DNA of 42,632 nt from a virus. Numbering within the stretch: the stretch's first letter is position 1; every line of letters begins with the position of its first letter. Both the position numbers and the translations under genes were made by a program. Positions 16,912-25,754 of the stretch are shown here, piece after piece. The stretch lies in IMG/VR virus record IMGVR_UViG_3300045988_146228. One strand, 5' to 3'. The notes beneath the pieces are model-generated. The model was not told where the DNA came from. It saw only the letters and a program-made list of their open reading frames with translations, and made no database searches.

Positions 16912-17547
16912 ATGAGAAACAGAGTATTCAAAGCAATGTGTAAAGTTCCAATGAACCTGCAGTTATTCGCAGAAAGCGGAGACGGTGCTGGGGACAGTGA
17001 GGGCAACGGCGGCGGATCTGGCGAAGGTACAGGCGGTGAGGGTGGAGATAATCCTCCATCTTTTGATGACTTCCTGAAAACAGGCAGTAATCAGGCAGAA
17101 TTTGACAGACGTGTCCAGAAGGCAGTCAATACGGCAGTGACAAACGCACAGGAGAAGTGGCAGGCACTGACGGATGATAAGCTTTCCGAGGCTGATAAGC
17201 TGGCCAAGATGACCAAGGAAGAAAAAGCACAGTACATGCAGAAGAAAAAAGAAAAGGAACTTTCCGACAGAGAGGCAGCAGTAACCAGAAGTGAGCTCAT
17301 GGCAGAAGCAAAGAACAACCTGTCAGACGAAGGACTTCCGGTGGAGCTTGCAGAAGTACTGAATTATACAGATGCAGATGCCTGCAAGAAATCCATGGAA
17401 ACCGTCAAAAAAGCGTTCCAGACTGCAGTTGAGAAAGCAGTCGATGAGAAGCTGAAAGGCGGCAAGCCTCCGAAAAAAGCACCAGAAACAAACACACAGG
17501 AAGCCCTTGAAAAGCAGGTATACAATGCAATGATGGGTATTTTTTAA
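16912..17547 (+). CDS. Capsid scaffolding protein
   Basis: MNLQLFAE motif, Gly/Ser/Glu-rich region, coiled-coil, directly upstream of the capsid gene. Confidence 0.75.
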   Translation: MRNRVFKAMCKVPMNLQLFAESGDGAGDSEGNGGGSGEGTGGEGGDNPPSFDDFLKTGSNQAEFDRRVQKAVNTAVTNAQEKWQALTDDKLSEADKLAKMTKEEKAQYMQKKKEKELSDREAAVTRSELMAEAKNNLSDEGLPVELAEVLNYTDADACKKSMETVKKAFQTAVEKAVDEKLKGGKPPKKAPETNTQEALEKQVYNAMMGIF

Positions 17548-17564
17548 AGGAGAGTGAATAAACA

Positions 17565-18497
17565 ATGGCAATCAATACTTTAGCAACAGCAACCTTATTT
17601 ATGACACAGCTTGATAAGATCGCTGTTCAGGAAGCAACCACCGGCTGGATGGATGCCAATGCCGGTCAGGTGATCTATAACGGTGGATCTGAAGTAAAGA
17701 TCCCGAAAATGAGCGTTCAGGGAATGGGCGACTATGACCGTGAGGCTGGATACCAGCGCGGATCCGTTACCCTGGAGTACGAGACCAGAAAAATGACACA
17801 GGACCGTGGCCGTCTCTTCCAGCTGGATCCGATGGATATCAACGAGGCAAACTTTATCCCGACTGCTGGTGCAGTTATGGGAGAGTTCCAGAGGACACAG
17901 GTAGTTCCGGAGATCGATGCGTACCGTATCAGCAAGCTGGCTACAGAAACACTCACTGCAGATAAAGCAGGAATGATCGGAGAATCTTATGTACCGGGAA
18001 CTGCTTCTACATCTGCTCTGCGTAAGCTGAAAGAAGGGATCAAAGCGGTAAGAGAAAACTATAACGGAGCTCTTATCTGCCAGGCAACACCGGACTTTAT
18101 TATGGAGCTGGAACTGGAACTTGCGGGCAAGATCATTGCAGTGACCTTCTCTAAAGGCGGAATTCAGACACAGGTTCCTTCTGTAGATGGTGTACCGCTG
18201 GTTTCCACACCTTCCAACCGTATGTACACAGCTATCAAGATCAATAACGGTAAAGATAGTGGCCAGGAAAAAGGCGGATATGAAAAAGGAACATCTGCAA
18301 AGAACCTGAACTTCTTCATCTGCCCTGTAACCACGCCGATCGCTGTCACAAAACAGGATATCATGCGTATCTTCGACCCGACAACAAACCAGAAATTGAA
18401 CGCATGGCAGATGGATTACCGCCGTTTCCATGATATGTGGATTCTGGATAATAAACTGGATTCCATCTATCTGAGCATCCAGGAGGCGAAAGTATGA
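17565..18497 (+). CDS. Major capsid protein
   Basis: 310 aa, strong RBS, position after the scaffold gene. Confidence 0.8.
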   Translation: MAINTLATATLFMTQLDKIAVQEATTGWMDANAGQVIYNGGSEVKIPKMSVQGMGDYDREAGYQRGSVTLEYETRKMTQDRGRLFQLDPMDINEANFIPTAGAVMGEFQRTQVVPEIDAYRISKLATETLTADKAGMIGESYVPGTASTSALRKLKEGIKAVRENYNGALICQATPDFIMELELELAGKIIAVTFSKGGIQTQVPSVDGVPLVSTPSNRMYTAIKINNGKDSGQEKGGYEKGTSAKNLNFFICPVTTPIAVTKQDIMRIFDPTTNQKLNAWQMDYRRFHDMWILDNKLDSIYLSIQEAKV

Positions 18498-18733
18498 GGC
18501 TGATCCGTAAAAATGTAGAAAGAGAAGCGGAAGGATCTGCAGCAGAAAAACTGATCAGTGATGGCTTCACACCGATGAAAGAGGCCACACCAGACACAGT
18601 ACCGGAAGAGAAAGCCGGCAAGAATATTGAAGATATGACAGTCGAGGAGCTGAAAGCTCTTGCAAAGGAGAAAGGCCTGACTGGTGTATCTTCCCTTGCC
18701 AAGGCAGATCTGCTTGCTATTTTGAAAGGATGA
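18494..18733 (+). CDS. Small head-associated protein with a Rho-N/SAP-like HeH motif
   Basis: MTVEELKALAKEKGLTGVSSLAKADLLAIL. Confidence 0.6.
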   Translation: MRLIRKNVEREAEGSAAEKLISDGFTPMKEATPDTVPEEKAGKNIEDMTVEELKALAKEKGLTGVSSLAKADLLAILKG

Positions 18734-18737
18734 TCCT

Positions 18738-19067
18738 GTGGCGAAAAGTAAAGACATAGAAAGAGTTCAGACCTTGACAGGAGAAAAAGATGAGGATCTC
18801 ATAGAGATTCTTCTTGATGATGCAGAAGCTTTCGTACTGTCTTACACAAACCGGACACAATTAAAAACTGGACTTGAAAAAGCAGTCAGGGATCTTGCCG
18901 TGATCGCTTTGAACCGGATGGGAACGGAGGGGGAAAAGTCCAGAAGTGAGGGCGGAGAGAGTTACACTTTTGATGATGCGCCGAAGCAGATCTATGACAC
19001 ACTGAACCGGTATCGCCTGGCCAGAGTGGGAGGTAAGACTTATGAGGCTGAGAAGAAACAGGCTTGA
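18738..19067 (+). CDS. Head-tail connector (gp6-like)
   Basis: GTG start after AAAGGA; ...DLIEILLDDAEAFVLSYTNR...; position. Confidence 0.65.
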   Translation: MAKSKDIERVQTLTGEKDEDLIEILLDDAEAFVLSYTNRTQLKTGLEKAVRDLAVIALNRMGTEGEKSRSEGGESYTFDDAPKQIYDTLNRYRLARVGGKTYEAEKKQA

Positions 19068-19416
19068 GGAATTTTTCCATAAGAAAATGACGGTAAAGAA
19101 AGACAAGGAAGGCAGTACCAGTGAAGAATATGGTGCTGCCTCTTCTGTTACCGGAGAAAGCTGGCCGGCATCCGGAAAAGTACAGGCTGAGCAGTACGGC
19201 CAGAGACTGAATTATATCCGGAATATCCGGATACAGGGAAGCTATAAGATCCAGACGGATGAAAAAGGCCGGCTGCATTATATCCTGGGAGATGGAACGG
19301 ATATAGAGGAACGGGACGGGATTTGTCTATATGTGGCAGCAGATCAGCTTCCAGACTATCGGATCATATCCATCAAACCATATCGTTTCCTTACCATGGA
19401 GGTGGAAAAGATATGA
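19042..19416 (+). CDS. Head closure / head-tail adaptor protein
   Basis: Position and size; ...PDYRIISIKPYRF... Confidence 0.6.
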   Translation: MRLRRNRLEEFFHKKMTVKKDKEGSTSEEYGAASSVTGESWPASGKVQAEQYGQRLNYIRNIRIQGSYKIQTDEKGRLHYILGDGTDIEERDGICLYVAADQLPDYRIISIKPYRFLTMEVEKI

Positions 19417-19922
19417 GTGTAAATGGATTTGATGAAGTAGAGAAAGCTTTGCAGGAGGTGTCCGAGTTGGACGCCCGGCAGGCAGTTGGAGAAGCGATCC
19501 AGTTTGTACGGTCAGCAGCAGTTGAGAATTGCCATGCAGATACCGGAGAACTCCGGCAGAGCATTTTTGCCGAAACCACAGAGGAAGAAAACACTGTCAC
19601 AGGGATCTGCTGGACAGACAAAGCTTATGCTCCATACATAGAGTTCGGAACCGGACCGAAAGGCCAGGAGAAACATGCCGGCATCTCTCCGGAAGTAACT
19701 CCGGTCTATACTCAACAGCCATGGTGGATCCATGAAAGCCAGATAGACAGAAGGGTGGCTGAAAAGTACCGTTGGCCATATATGGACACGCCGGATGGAA
19801 GATTCTATAGATGCAGCGGAAATCCGGCCTATCCGTTCCTGTATCCGGCTATGAAGGATAACGAAGAACAGATCTTAAAGATGCTGGGCGGAAGCCTTGC
19901 GTCAGATTTGGAGGATATATGA
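19413..19922 (+). CDS. HK97 gp10-like tail/neck component
   Basis: Internal ATG 19413 (ATGA overlap); ...TGELRQSI...YAPYIEFGTG. Confidence 0.7.
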   Translation: MSVNGFDEVEKALQEVSELDARQAVGEAIQFVRSAAVENCHADTGELRQSIFAETTEEENTVTGICWTDKAYAPYIEFGTGPKGQEKHAGISPEVTPVYTQQPWWIHESQIDRRVAEKYRWPYMDTPDGRFYRCSGNPAYPFLYPAMKDNEEQILKMLGGSLASDLEDI

Positions 19923-20287
19923 AGAATGTAAAAGATCAAGTGTACGCGGCACTGTGCACGGTGTCCGAAAATGTTTCAGATGCTTATCCACGTTCCTGGG
20001 CGGAGGGCTCAACGATCCAGTATACCGAAGAACAGAACGATGTATACGAAGCCAGCTCCGATGCTGAAGGAATGAGAGAGGATAAAGCCCTTGTAAGATA
20101 CCGGATCGATATCTGGAACAATCACAGCACTTCAGAAGCAGCTCTGCAGGTAGATGAAGCGATGAAAGTGACAGGCCTGAAACGGATCGCATGTGCAGAT
20201 GTGCCGGATCCGTCAGGGATGAAGCATAAACAGATGCGCTACGAAGGGATCATTGATATGGATTCTGACAGCGTGTACTGGAGATAA
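19919..20287 (+). CDS. Tail completion/terminator-like protein
   Basis: Position between the gp10-like and major tail genes. Confidence 0.55.
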   Translation: MKNVKDQVYAALCTVSENVSDAYPRSWAEGSTIQYTEEQNDVYEASSDAEGMREDKALVRYRIDIWNNHSTSEAALQVDEAMKVTGLKRIACADVPDPSGMKHKQMRYEGIIDMDSDSVYWR

Positions 20288-20299
20288 GGAGGAATAGCG

Positions 20300-20722
20300 A
20301 TGTTAGCAAATGGAGCAACATTAGGTTACAGAAAACACACAGCTGGAGAAAACGCTGCAGCTTACACAGATCTTCCAGGACTGAAAGAGATCCCGGAAGT
20401 CGGAGTGGAACTGGATAAGGAGGAAAACACCTGCCTTACAGATCCGCACAAGATGTACGAGGAAGGTATTGGAGACCTTCCGGATATGAAGTACAAATGG
20501 AAGTACGACAACAGTAAAGCCGGAAGCCCGTACAGGCTTATGAGAGATGCAGCAGACAAAAAAGAGATCTGGGATTTCCAGGAAAAAACAAAAGATGGAA
20601 CAGTTACCGAGTTTACTGCACAGTTTTCCGTAAAACGTACAGGCGGTGGAGTAAATGGTGTGATCGAGTTTGAGGTGACCATGGCCGTACAGTCTGAGAT
20701 CAAACAGACAGATCCGGCGTAA
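20300..20722 (+). CDS. Major tail protein
   Basis: AAGGAGG RBS, 140 aa, position upstream of the chaperones and tape measure gene. Confidence 0.75.
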   Translation: MLANGATLGYRKHTAGENAAAYTDLPGLKEIPEVGVELDKEENTCLTDPHKMYEEGIGDLPDMKYKWKYDNSKAGSPYRLMRDAADKKEIWDFQEKTKDGTVTEFTAQFSVKRTGGGVNGVIEFEVTMAVQSEIKQTDPA

Positions 20723-20735
20723 GGAGGAATAAAAG

Positions 20736-21185
20736 ATGATGAATTTTGAAGGTATTCAGGATCTGGGCGGAGCTTCTGCCCAGAATGAGACACAGGCTCC
20801 AGAGGAAAAAGTAGTCAATCTGGAGGAACAGAAGAAAAAGAGACAGCCCTTTGCTTATTGGAATGTAGGCGGCAGGAGCTTCAAGATGAAACTGAAAGCT
20901 TCCGGGATCGGACGCCTGGAAAATAAGTACAGACAGAATCTCATGAATATGATCGATGATATTCCGCCGCTTTCCGTGATGCTGACGATCATCCAGGAAG
21001 CAATGTCACCGTGGGAGCATGGGATTGATTATCAGGATGTGCAGAAGCTGTATGACGCATGGATCGATGAAGGGAACAGTCAGCTGGAACTCTATCAGAA
21101 GATTTTGATCCCGCTCATGGTGGTATCGGGTTTTTTACCGGAGAAAACAGCGGTATCCCTTCTGGAGGAAATCGAGAACGCCTGA
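20736..21185 (+). CDS. Tail assembly chaperone
   Basis: Position between the major tail and tape measure genes. Confidence 0.65.
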   Translation: MMNFEGIQDLGGASAQNETQAPEEKVVNLEEQKKKRQPFAYWNVGGRSFKMKLKASGIGRLENKYRQNLMNMIDDIPPLSVMLTIIQEAMSPWEHGIDYQDVQKLYDAWIDEGNSQLELYQKILIPLMVVSGFLPEKTAVSLLEEIENA

Positions 21186-21547
21186 TGTCAGAACAGCTCT
21201 CAGAGCTGTATCCGGTAGCTCTTGAGATGGGGATCCTGGCGGAAACATTCTGGAACCTTTCTGTAAATGAGATATTTGATACTTTGGCAAATATAAGAAA
21301 GCGGCTGCTAAGAGAAGAAAAGCAGCGGATCATGGATAATTTCATACAGGCCCAGGCCATAGCAGTAGATATCTCAGCGTTATTTGCCAAAGATGGCAAG
21401 ATAGCCCATCCCTGGGATTATTATCCGGAACTGTTTGAAAAAGAACAGAAGGCATACGAAGAAGCAGAGGAAGCCCGCCAGTGGGAAGAGTACATGGAAA
21501 AAAGAAGGGCGTACAACGCCGAATGGAACTATAGACATAATCATTAA
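21185..21547 (+). CDS. Gp15-like tail assembly protein
   Basis: Position directly upstream of the tape measure gene; ...FWNLSVNEIFDTL... Confidence 0.6.
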   Translation: MSEQLSELYPVALEMGILAETFWNLSVNEIFDTLANIRKRLLREEKQRIMDNFIQAQAIAVDISALFAKDGKIAHPWDYYPELFEKEQKAYEEAEEARQWEEYMEKRRAYNAEWNYRHNH

Positions 21548-21577
21548 TTTGTTGAGAAAAAGAGAGGAGGTGAGACC

Positions 21578-24500
21578 ATGGGAGACACACTTCATAAGAT
21601 GCAGGTGATAATTGAAGCTACAACAGAACCATTGAAAAAAGGGATGGAAAACAGCCGGCGGGAAGTAAAGAAAAGCGTTGAAGAAATCCAGAAGGAAACT
21701 GAGAAAGTAAAGAATCCGTTCAAGGGAATGGAAAGCAAGGCGCTGCAGCCGGTAAGGAATACTCTGAATAAGATCAGGGAAATGCTCAGCAGGAATCCTG
21801 TGAAAAATTTCCAGATCAAGGCAGGCATCAAAGTTCCAACGGAAGAGTATCAGCAACTGAACTCCACAATTCAAAAAACACAGACTCAGCTCAACAAATA
21901 CTATGAACGCCGGAATAAGATGAGTGATCTTGGCGTAGATCAGGAAAGCATGAGCTGGAGAAGCCTGGCATATGACATTGAGGGCGCTGAACGTAAATTG
22001 AGAATGTATGAAACTGACAAAAAACATATGGAATCCTCAAATACAGATGTAAAGCGGCCGGTATCTCTTCCGAAACAGGCATTGAACTTTGGAACAGGAA
22101 TTTTCAAAGGAATAGGAGCAACTGTTTCGAAGGGGTGGGGAGGCTTTACAAAGCTTCTTGGAGGTGTTGGAAACGTTGCATCTTCCTTCACCGGTGTGAT
22201 CCGAAAATGCTCCGGTGCTTATGCTGCACTGATCCAGAAGTTCACATCCGGAATCCCGTTTCTTAACAGGACAAAATCTTCGTTCAATGGTCTGGGAACA
22301 TCCGGACAAGGCTTGACAGGTATACTGAAGACAATCGGAATGACTGCAAAATTTATGTTTGCAAGTTTTGTGATCCGTGGAGCTGTAGATGGCGCAAAGC
22401 AGGGATTTCAGAACCTTGCACAGTACAGTGGAGAAACAAACAGAAGTCTTTCTCTGCTGATGTCGTCTCTGACACAGCTCAAAAATTCACTGGCCACAGC
22501 CTTTGCACCAATCCTGAATGTTGTAGCACCAATTCTGAACAGTTTCATTCAGACGGTTATCAACGTGGTAAATTCCATAGGCCAGCTGATGGGAGCCTTC
22601 ACAGGCAAAACCACCATGGTCACGGCCAAGAAAGTCAATCAGGATTATGCTGCAAGTCTTAACAGTACCTCAACGGGTCTGAAGAATAATGCAAAGAACG
22701 CGGATACGGCATCAAAAGCGGCAAAACAATATCAGCGCACTCTTCTGGGATTCGACCAGATCAACAAGCTGAACGATGATTCAGACAGCTCCGGATCAGG
22801 AGGAACAGGAAGTGGAACGGATACATCACCGCTTGGTGGCGTTAATGATATGTTCCAGACAACGGCCATCAAGAGCCGTTTCAAAGATCTCGCAAAACTG
22901 ATCAAAGATTCCTGGAAGTCCGGTGATTTTACAGAACTTGGCGCCATGGTCGGCAATAAGCTCAACGAAGCACTGGAACGTATTCCGTGGGGTAAAATCC
23001 AGAATACCTGTAACAAGATTGCAAAAAGCATTGCCACTTTTCTGAATGGCTTTATTGAAGCTGCGGATTGGAAATTAGTTGGTAATACATTCTCTAAGGG
23101 ACTGAACACAGCCTTTGGATTTGTAGATACCTTTGCAAAGAATTTCCACTGGAACAGTCTTGGGAAAGCTATCGGAGATGGGATCAATGGTGCTCTTGAA
23201 GGCATTGACTGGAATCTGATCAAAGGAACCGTACATGATACCGTCTTTGGTCTGGTAAGCACACTGAATACAGCGATTGCGACAACCAATTGGAGTGTAG
23301 TTGGAAAAACAGTTGGAGAGTGCTTTAACACACGACTGGAAGCACTTTATACCACAGTTCATAACTTTAACTGGAGAGGCTTGGGCACTGCACTGGCTAA
23401 TCTTGTAACCAACACGGTCAAAACCATTGATACTGGAAAAATAGGACAGACCTTATCCGATGGGATAAAAGGCTTTTTTGAATTTGCAATCTCAGCGATC
23501 GAACACATGGATTGGTGGTCCATGGGGGACACCATCTATAACAAAGCAAAAGATCTGATGGTAAACATTGACTGGAGCGGAATTGCTGACAGAGTTTTTG
23601 AAACGATTGGAGCTGCATTTGGAGGTTTTGCCGCATTTATTGGCGGTATCTTTAAAAATGCAGTTGCAGATGCAAGGAAGTATATTATAAAGCATTTCAC
23701 AGAAGCTGGAAAATTCACCTGGGAAGGCTTTAAAAATGGTGTTGTGCAGTCATTTAAAGATATAGGAACCTGGATCAAGGCACACATTTTTAAACCATTC
23801 ATAAACGGATTTAAAAAAGCTTTCGGAATCCATTCACCATCAACAGTCATGCGTACGCAGGGCGGATATGTTATATCTGGCCTGTTCAATGGTATGAAAG
23901 CAGGATTGCCAGCTGTACTGTCTTGGATTGCTAAACTCCCAGGGCAGGTAAAAGAGAGACTTGGAAATGCCAAAACATGGCTACGTGGGAAAGGAAATGC
24001 TGCGATCACCGGTCTGAAAAATGGCTGGGAAGCTGTAAGGGAATCAACATTCCTGAGCAGAGTAAAGAAAATCGGTTCTCAATCTTTCAACGCTATCGGA
24101 GATATCAAAAGCAAAGTAACGCCGAAAGGCAGGGATATCATAAGCGGAATGAGAACCGGCCTGAATAATAACTGGAGCTCTCTGTCTGGAATATTAAGTA
24201 ATATACCAGGCAAGGTGGCAAACGCAATTCCAAGCTTATACACAGTTGGCCAGAATGTTATTCAGACTTTTGCAAATGGATTTTCAAGCATCCATATCCC
24301 TATGCCACATATCGGCTGGGATTGGGAAGGTGGATCTATAAAAATCGGTAACTTCAAATTTTCATTGCCACGTTTCAATCTGAGCTGGTACGCAAATGGT
24401 GGATTCCCTGGTATGGGAGAAATGTTCGTGGCAAGAGAGTCCGGACCGGAGCTTGTCGGAAGAATGGGAAAACGTTCTGCGGTGGCAAACAATAATCAGA

Positions 24501-24688
24501 TCATTGCCGGAATCCGGGCAGGTGTATTTGAAGCAGTTGTGAATGCTTTTGAAAGCATGCAGGGCAGAAATGATCGTGGACAGGAACTCCACATCTATCT
24601 GGAAGGCGATGCAAAGAAATTGTTTAAGGTGATCCGCCAGGAAGGAAACAACTATCAGAAACAGACCGGAAATCCGGTATTTGGATAA
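21578..24688 (+). CDS. Tape measure protein
   Basis: 1036 aa, coiled-coil N-terminus, Gly/Ala-rich hydrophobic segments, position. Confidence 0.9.
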   Translation: MGDTLHKMQVIIEATTEPLKKGMENSRREVKKSVEEIQKETEKVKNPFKGMESKALQPVRNTLNKIREMLSRNPVKNFQIKAGIKVPTEEYQQLNSTIQKTQTQLNKYYERRNKMSDLGVDQESMSWRSLAYDIEGAERKLRMYETDKKHMESSNTDVKRPVSLPKQALNFGTGIFKGIGATVSKGWGGFTKLLGGVGNVASSFTGVIRKCSGAYAALIQKFTSGIPFLNRTKSSFNGLGTSGQGLTGILKTIGMTAKFMFASFVIRGAVDGAKQGFQNLAQYSGETNRSLSLLMSSLTQLKNSLATAFAPILNVVAPILNSFIQTVINVVNSIGQLMGAFTGKTTMVTAKKVNQDYAASLNSTSTGLKNNAKNADTASKAAKQYQRTLLGFDQINKLNDDSDSSGSGGTGSGTDTSPLGGVNDMFQTTAIKSRFKDLAKLIKDSWKSGDFTELGAMVGNKLNEALERIPWGKIQNTCNKIAKSIATFLNGFIEAADWKLVGNTFSKGLNTAFGFVDTFAKNFHWNSLGKAIGDGINGALEGIDWNLIKGTVHDTVFGLVSTLNTAIATTNWSVVGKTVGECFNTRLEALYTTVHNFNWRGLGTALANLVTNTVKTIDTGKIGQTLSDGIKGFFEFAISAIEHMDWWSMGDTIYNKAKDLMVNIDWSGIADRVFETIGAAFGGFAAFIGGIFKNAVADARKYIIKHFTEAGKFTWEGFKNGVVQSFKDIGTWIKAHIFKPFINGFKKAFGIHSPSTVMRTQGGYVISGLFNGMKAGLPAVLSWIAKLPGQVKERLGNAKTWLRGKGNAAITGLKNGWEAVRESTFLSRVKKIGSQSFNAIGDIKSKVTPKGRDIISGMRTGLNNNWSSLSGILSNIPGKVANAIPSLYTVGQNVIQTFANGFSSIHIPMPHIGWDWEGGSIKIGNFKFSLPRFNLSWYANGGFPGMGEMFVARESGPELVGRMGKRSAVANNNQIIAGIRAGVFEAVVNAFESMQGRNDRGQELHIYLEGDAKKLFKVIRQEGNNYQKQTGNPVFG

Positions 24689-24700
24689 GGAGGCGGTAAA

Positions 24701-25066
24701 GTGACAGATGATATCATTATTGACGGAGTTACGATGCCGACTCCGGCCCTCGGGGGCTTGACCATTAAAAAAGAAAAAGTGTGGTCAAATAATACAGGGC
24801 GTGCTGCAAACGCAGAAATGATTGGTGATGTGATTGCTATCAAGTATACACTTGAGTGTACATGGACGATGCTTAGTAGGGCTGATGTCGCAAAAATTGA
24901 TGCGGCAATAAGTCCTGCTTTTTTTAGTGTAACATTTACAGATCCTGGAACAAACACAAGAACAACGAAAAAATTCTATTCAAATACACCATCTTATCCC
25001 GTATACAGTTATGTTAATGGCGTGAAAACATATAAAGGAGTAGGAGCAACACTAATTCAGAAATAG
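24701..25066 (+). CDS. Tail component (function unclear, short for a Dit)
   Basis: GTG after AGGAGG; position after the tape measure gene. Confidence 0.6.
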   Translation: MTDDIIIDGVTMPTPALGGLTIKKEKVWSNNTGRAANAEMIGDVIAIKYTLECTWTMLSRADVAKIDAAISPAFFSVTFTDPGTNTRTTKKFYSNTPSYPVYSYVNGVKTYKGVGATLIQK

Positions 25067-25078
25067 GAGGAAACAAAC

Positions 25079-25339
25079 ATGTTAAAAGGTACAAAATCAA
25101 TGAATCTCAGTTACAGCTCCATCATCGATGGAAAAAGTGTGGTATACATGTCTGCACAGGTTCCGGAAACCGGAAAGAGCAACTGCACAAAGACCATTCA
25201 GGACCAGGAGATGTATGAGGCGAACAAAGCAGAATGTAGAAAAGACATGGCTGCATTTGACGAGCTCCTGTGGAAACTGGAAGATCAGGGGACGGTAGAC
25301 ACTGCAAAAGATACTGATACGGAGGAACAGGGAGTATGA
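25079..25339 (+). CDS. Hypothetical tail-module protein
   Basis: AGGAGG RBS, 86 aa. Confidence 0.6.
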   Translation: MLKGTKSMNLSYSSIIDGKSVVYMSAQVPETGKSNCTKTIQDQEMYEANKAECRKDMAAFDELLWKLEDQGTVDTAKDTDTEEQGV

Positions 25340-25728
25340 AGATGAAGAACAGTGAGATTGTAGCATTCCTTAACACCTGTGCAGGCTTAAGAGAGAAACG
25401 CCTGCCTGTCCGTCTGGCGTATGCGATTAAGAAAAACATGGCAGCAGTTCAGGAAGCGGCGACTGCATACATGGAGGAAAGAGAAGAACTTATTGCCAGA
25501 TATGCGAAAAAGGACAAAAAGGGAGAATATCTTGTCAAGGATAGCTGCTATGTGTTCGAAAACAAAGATGAGTTTGAGAAGGATATGAGTGAACTTTTAG
25601 CGATTGAAACTGCAGTGAAAATCCACACGGTATCAATTGATATTGTCGAAAAATGCGATGACGATCAAAAGTATGATTTACTGACCATGGAAGAACTGGA
25701 TGTCATTGAGTTTATGATTACAGAGTAA
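25336..25728 (+). CDS. DUF1617-like tail-module protein
   Basis: MKMKNSEIVAFLNTCAGL...LPVRLAYAIKKN pattern; position. Confidence 0.55.
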   Translation: MKMKNSEIVAFLNTCAGLREKRLPVRLAYAIKKNMAAVQEAATAYMEEREELIARYAKKDKKGEYLVKDSCYVFENKDEFEKDMSELLAIETAVKIHTVSIDIVEKCDDDQKYDLLTMEELDVIEFMITE

Positions 25729-25754
25729 GGAGGCTAGAGTAAGGAGGCGGTTTT

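Noticed and set aside
20736-21547. An expected programmed -1 frameshift between the two tail chaperone genes
   Set aside because: The two ORFs abut (ATG overlapping the stop at 21185) and each has its own start. I could not find a convincing slippery heptamer that would extend the first ORF, so no frameshift is claimed.
25723-25750. A tandem duplication of AGAGTAAGGAGGC (two Shine-Dalgarno copies) before the tail tip gene
   Set aside because: It is real in the sequence. It is most simply a small slipped duplication of the RBS region, and I see no evidence for a regulatory role.
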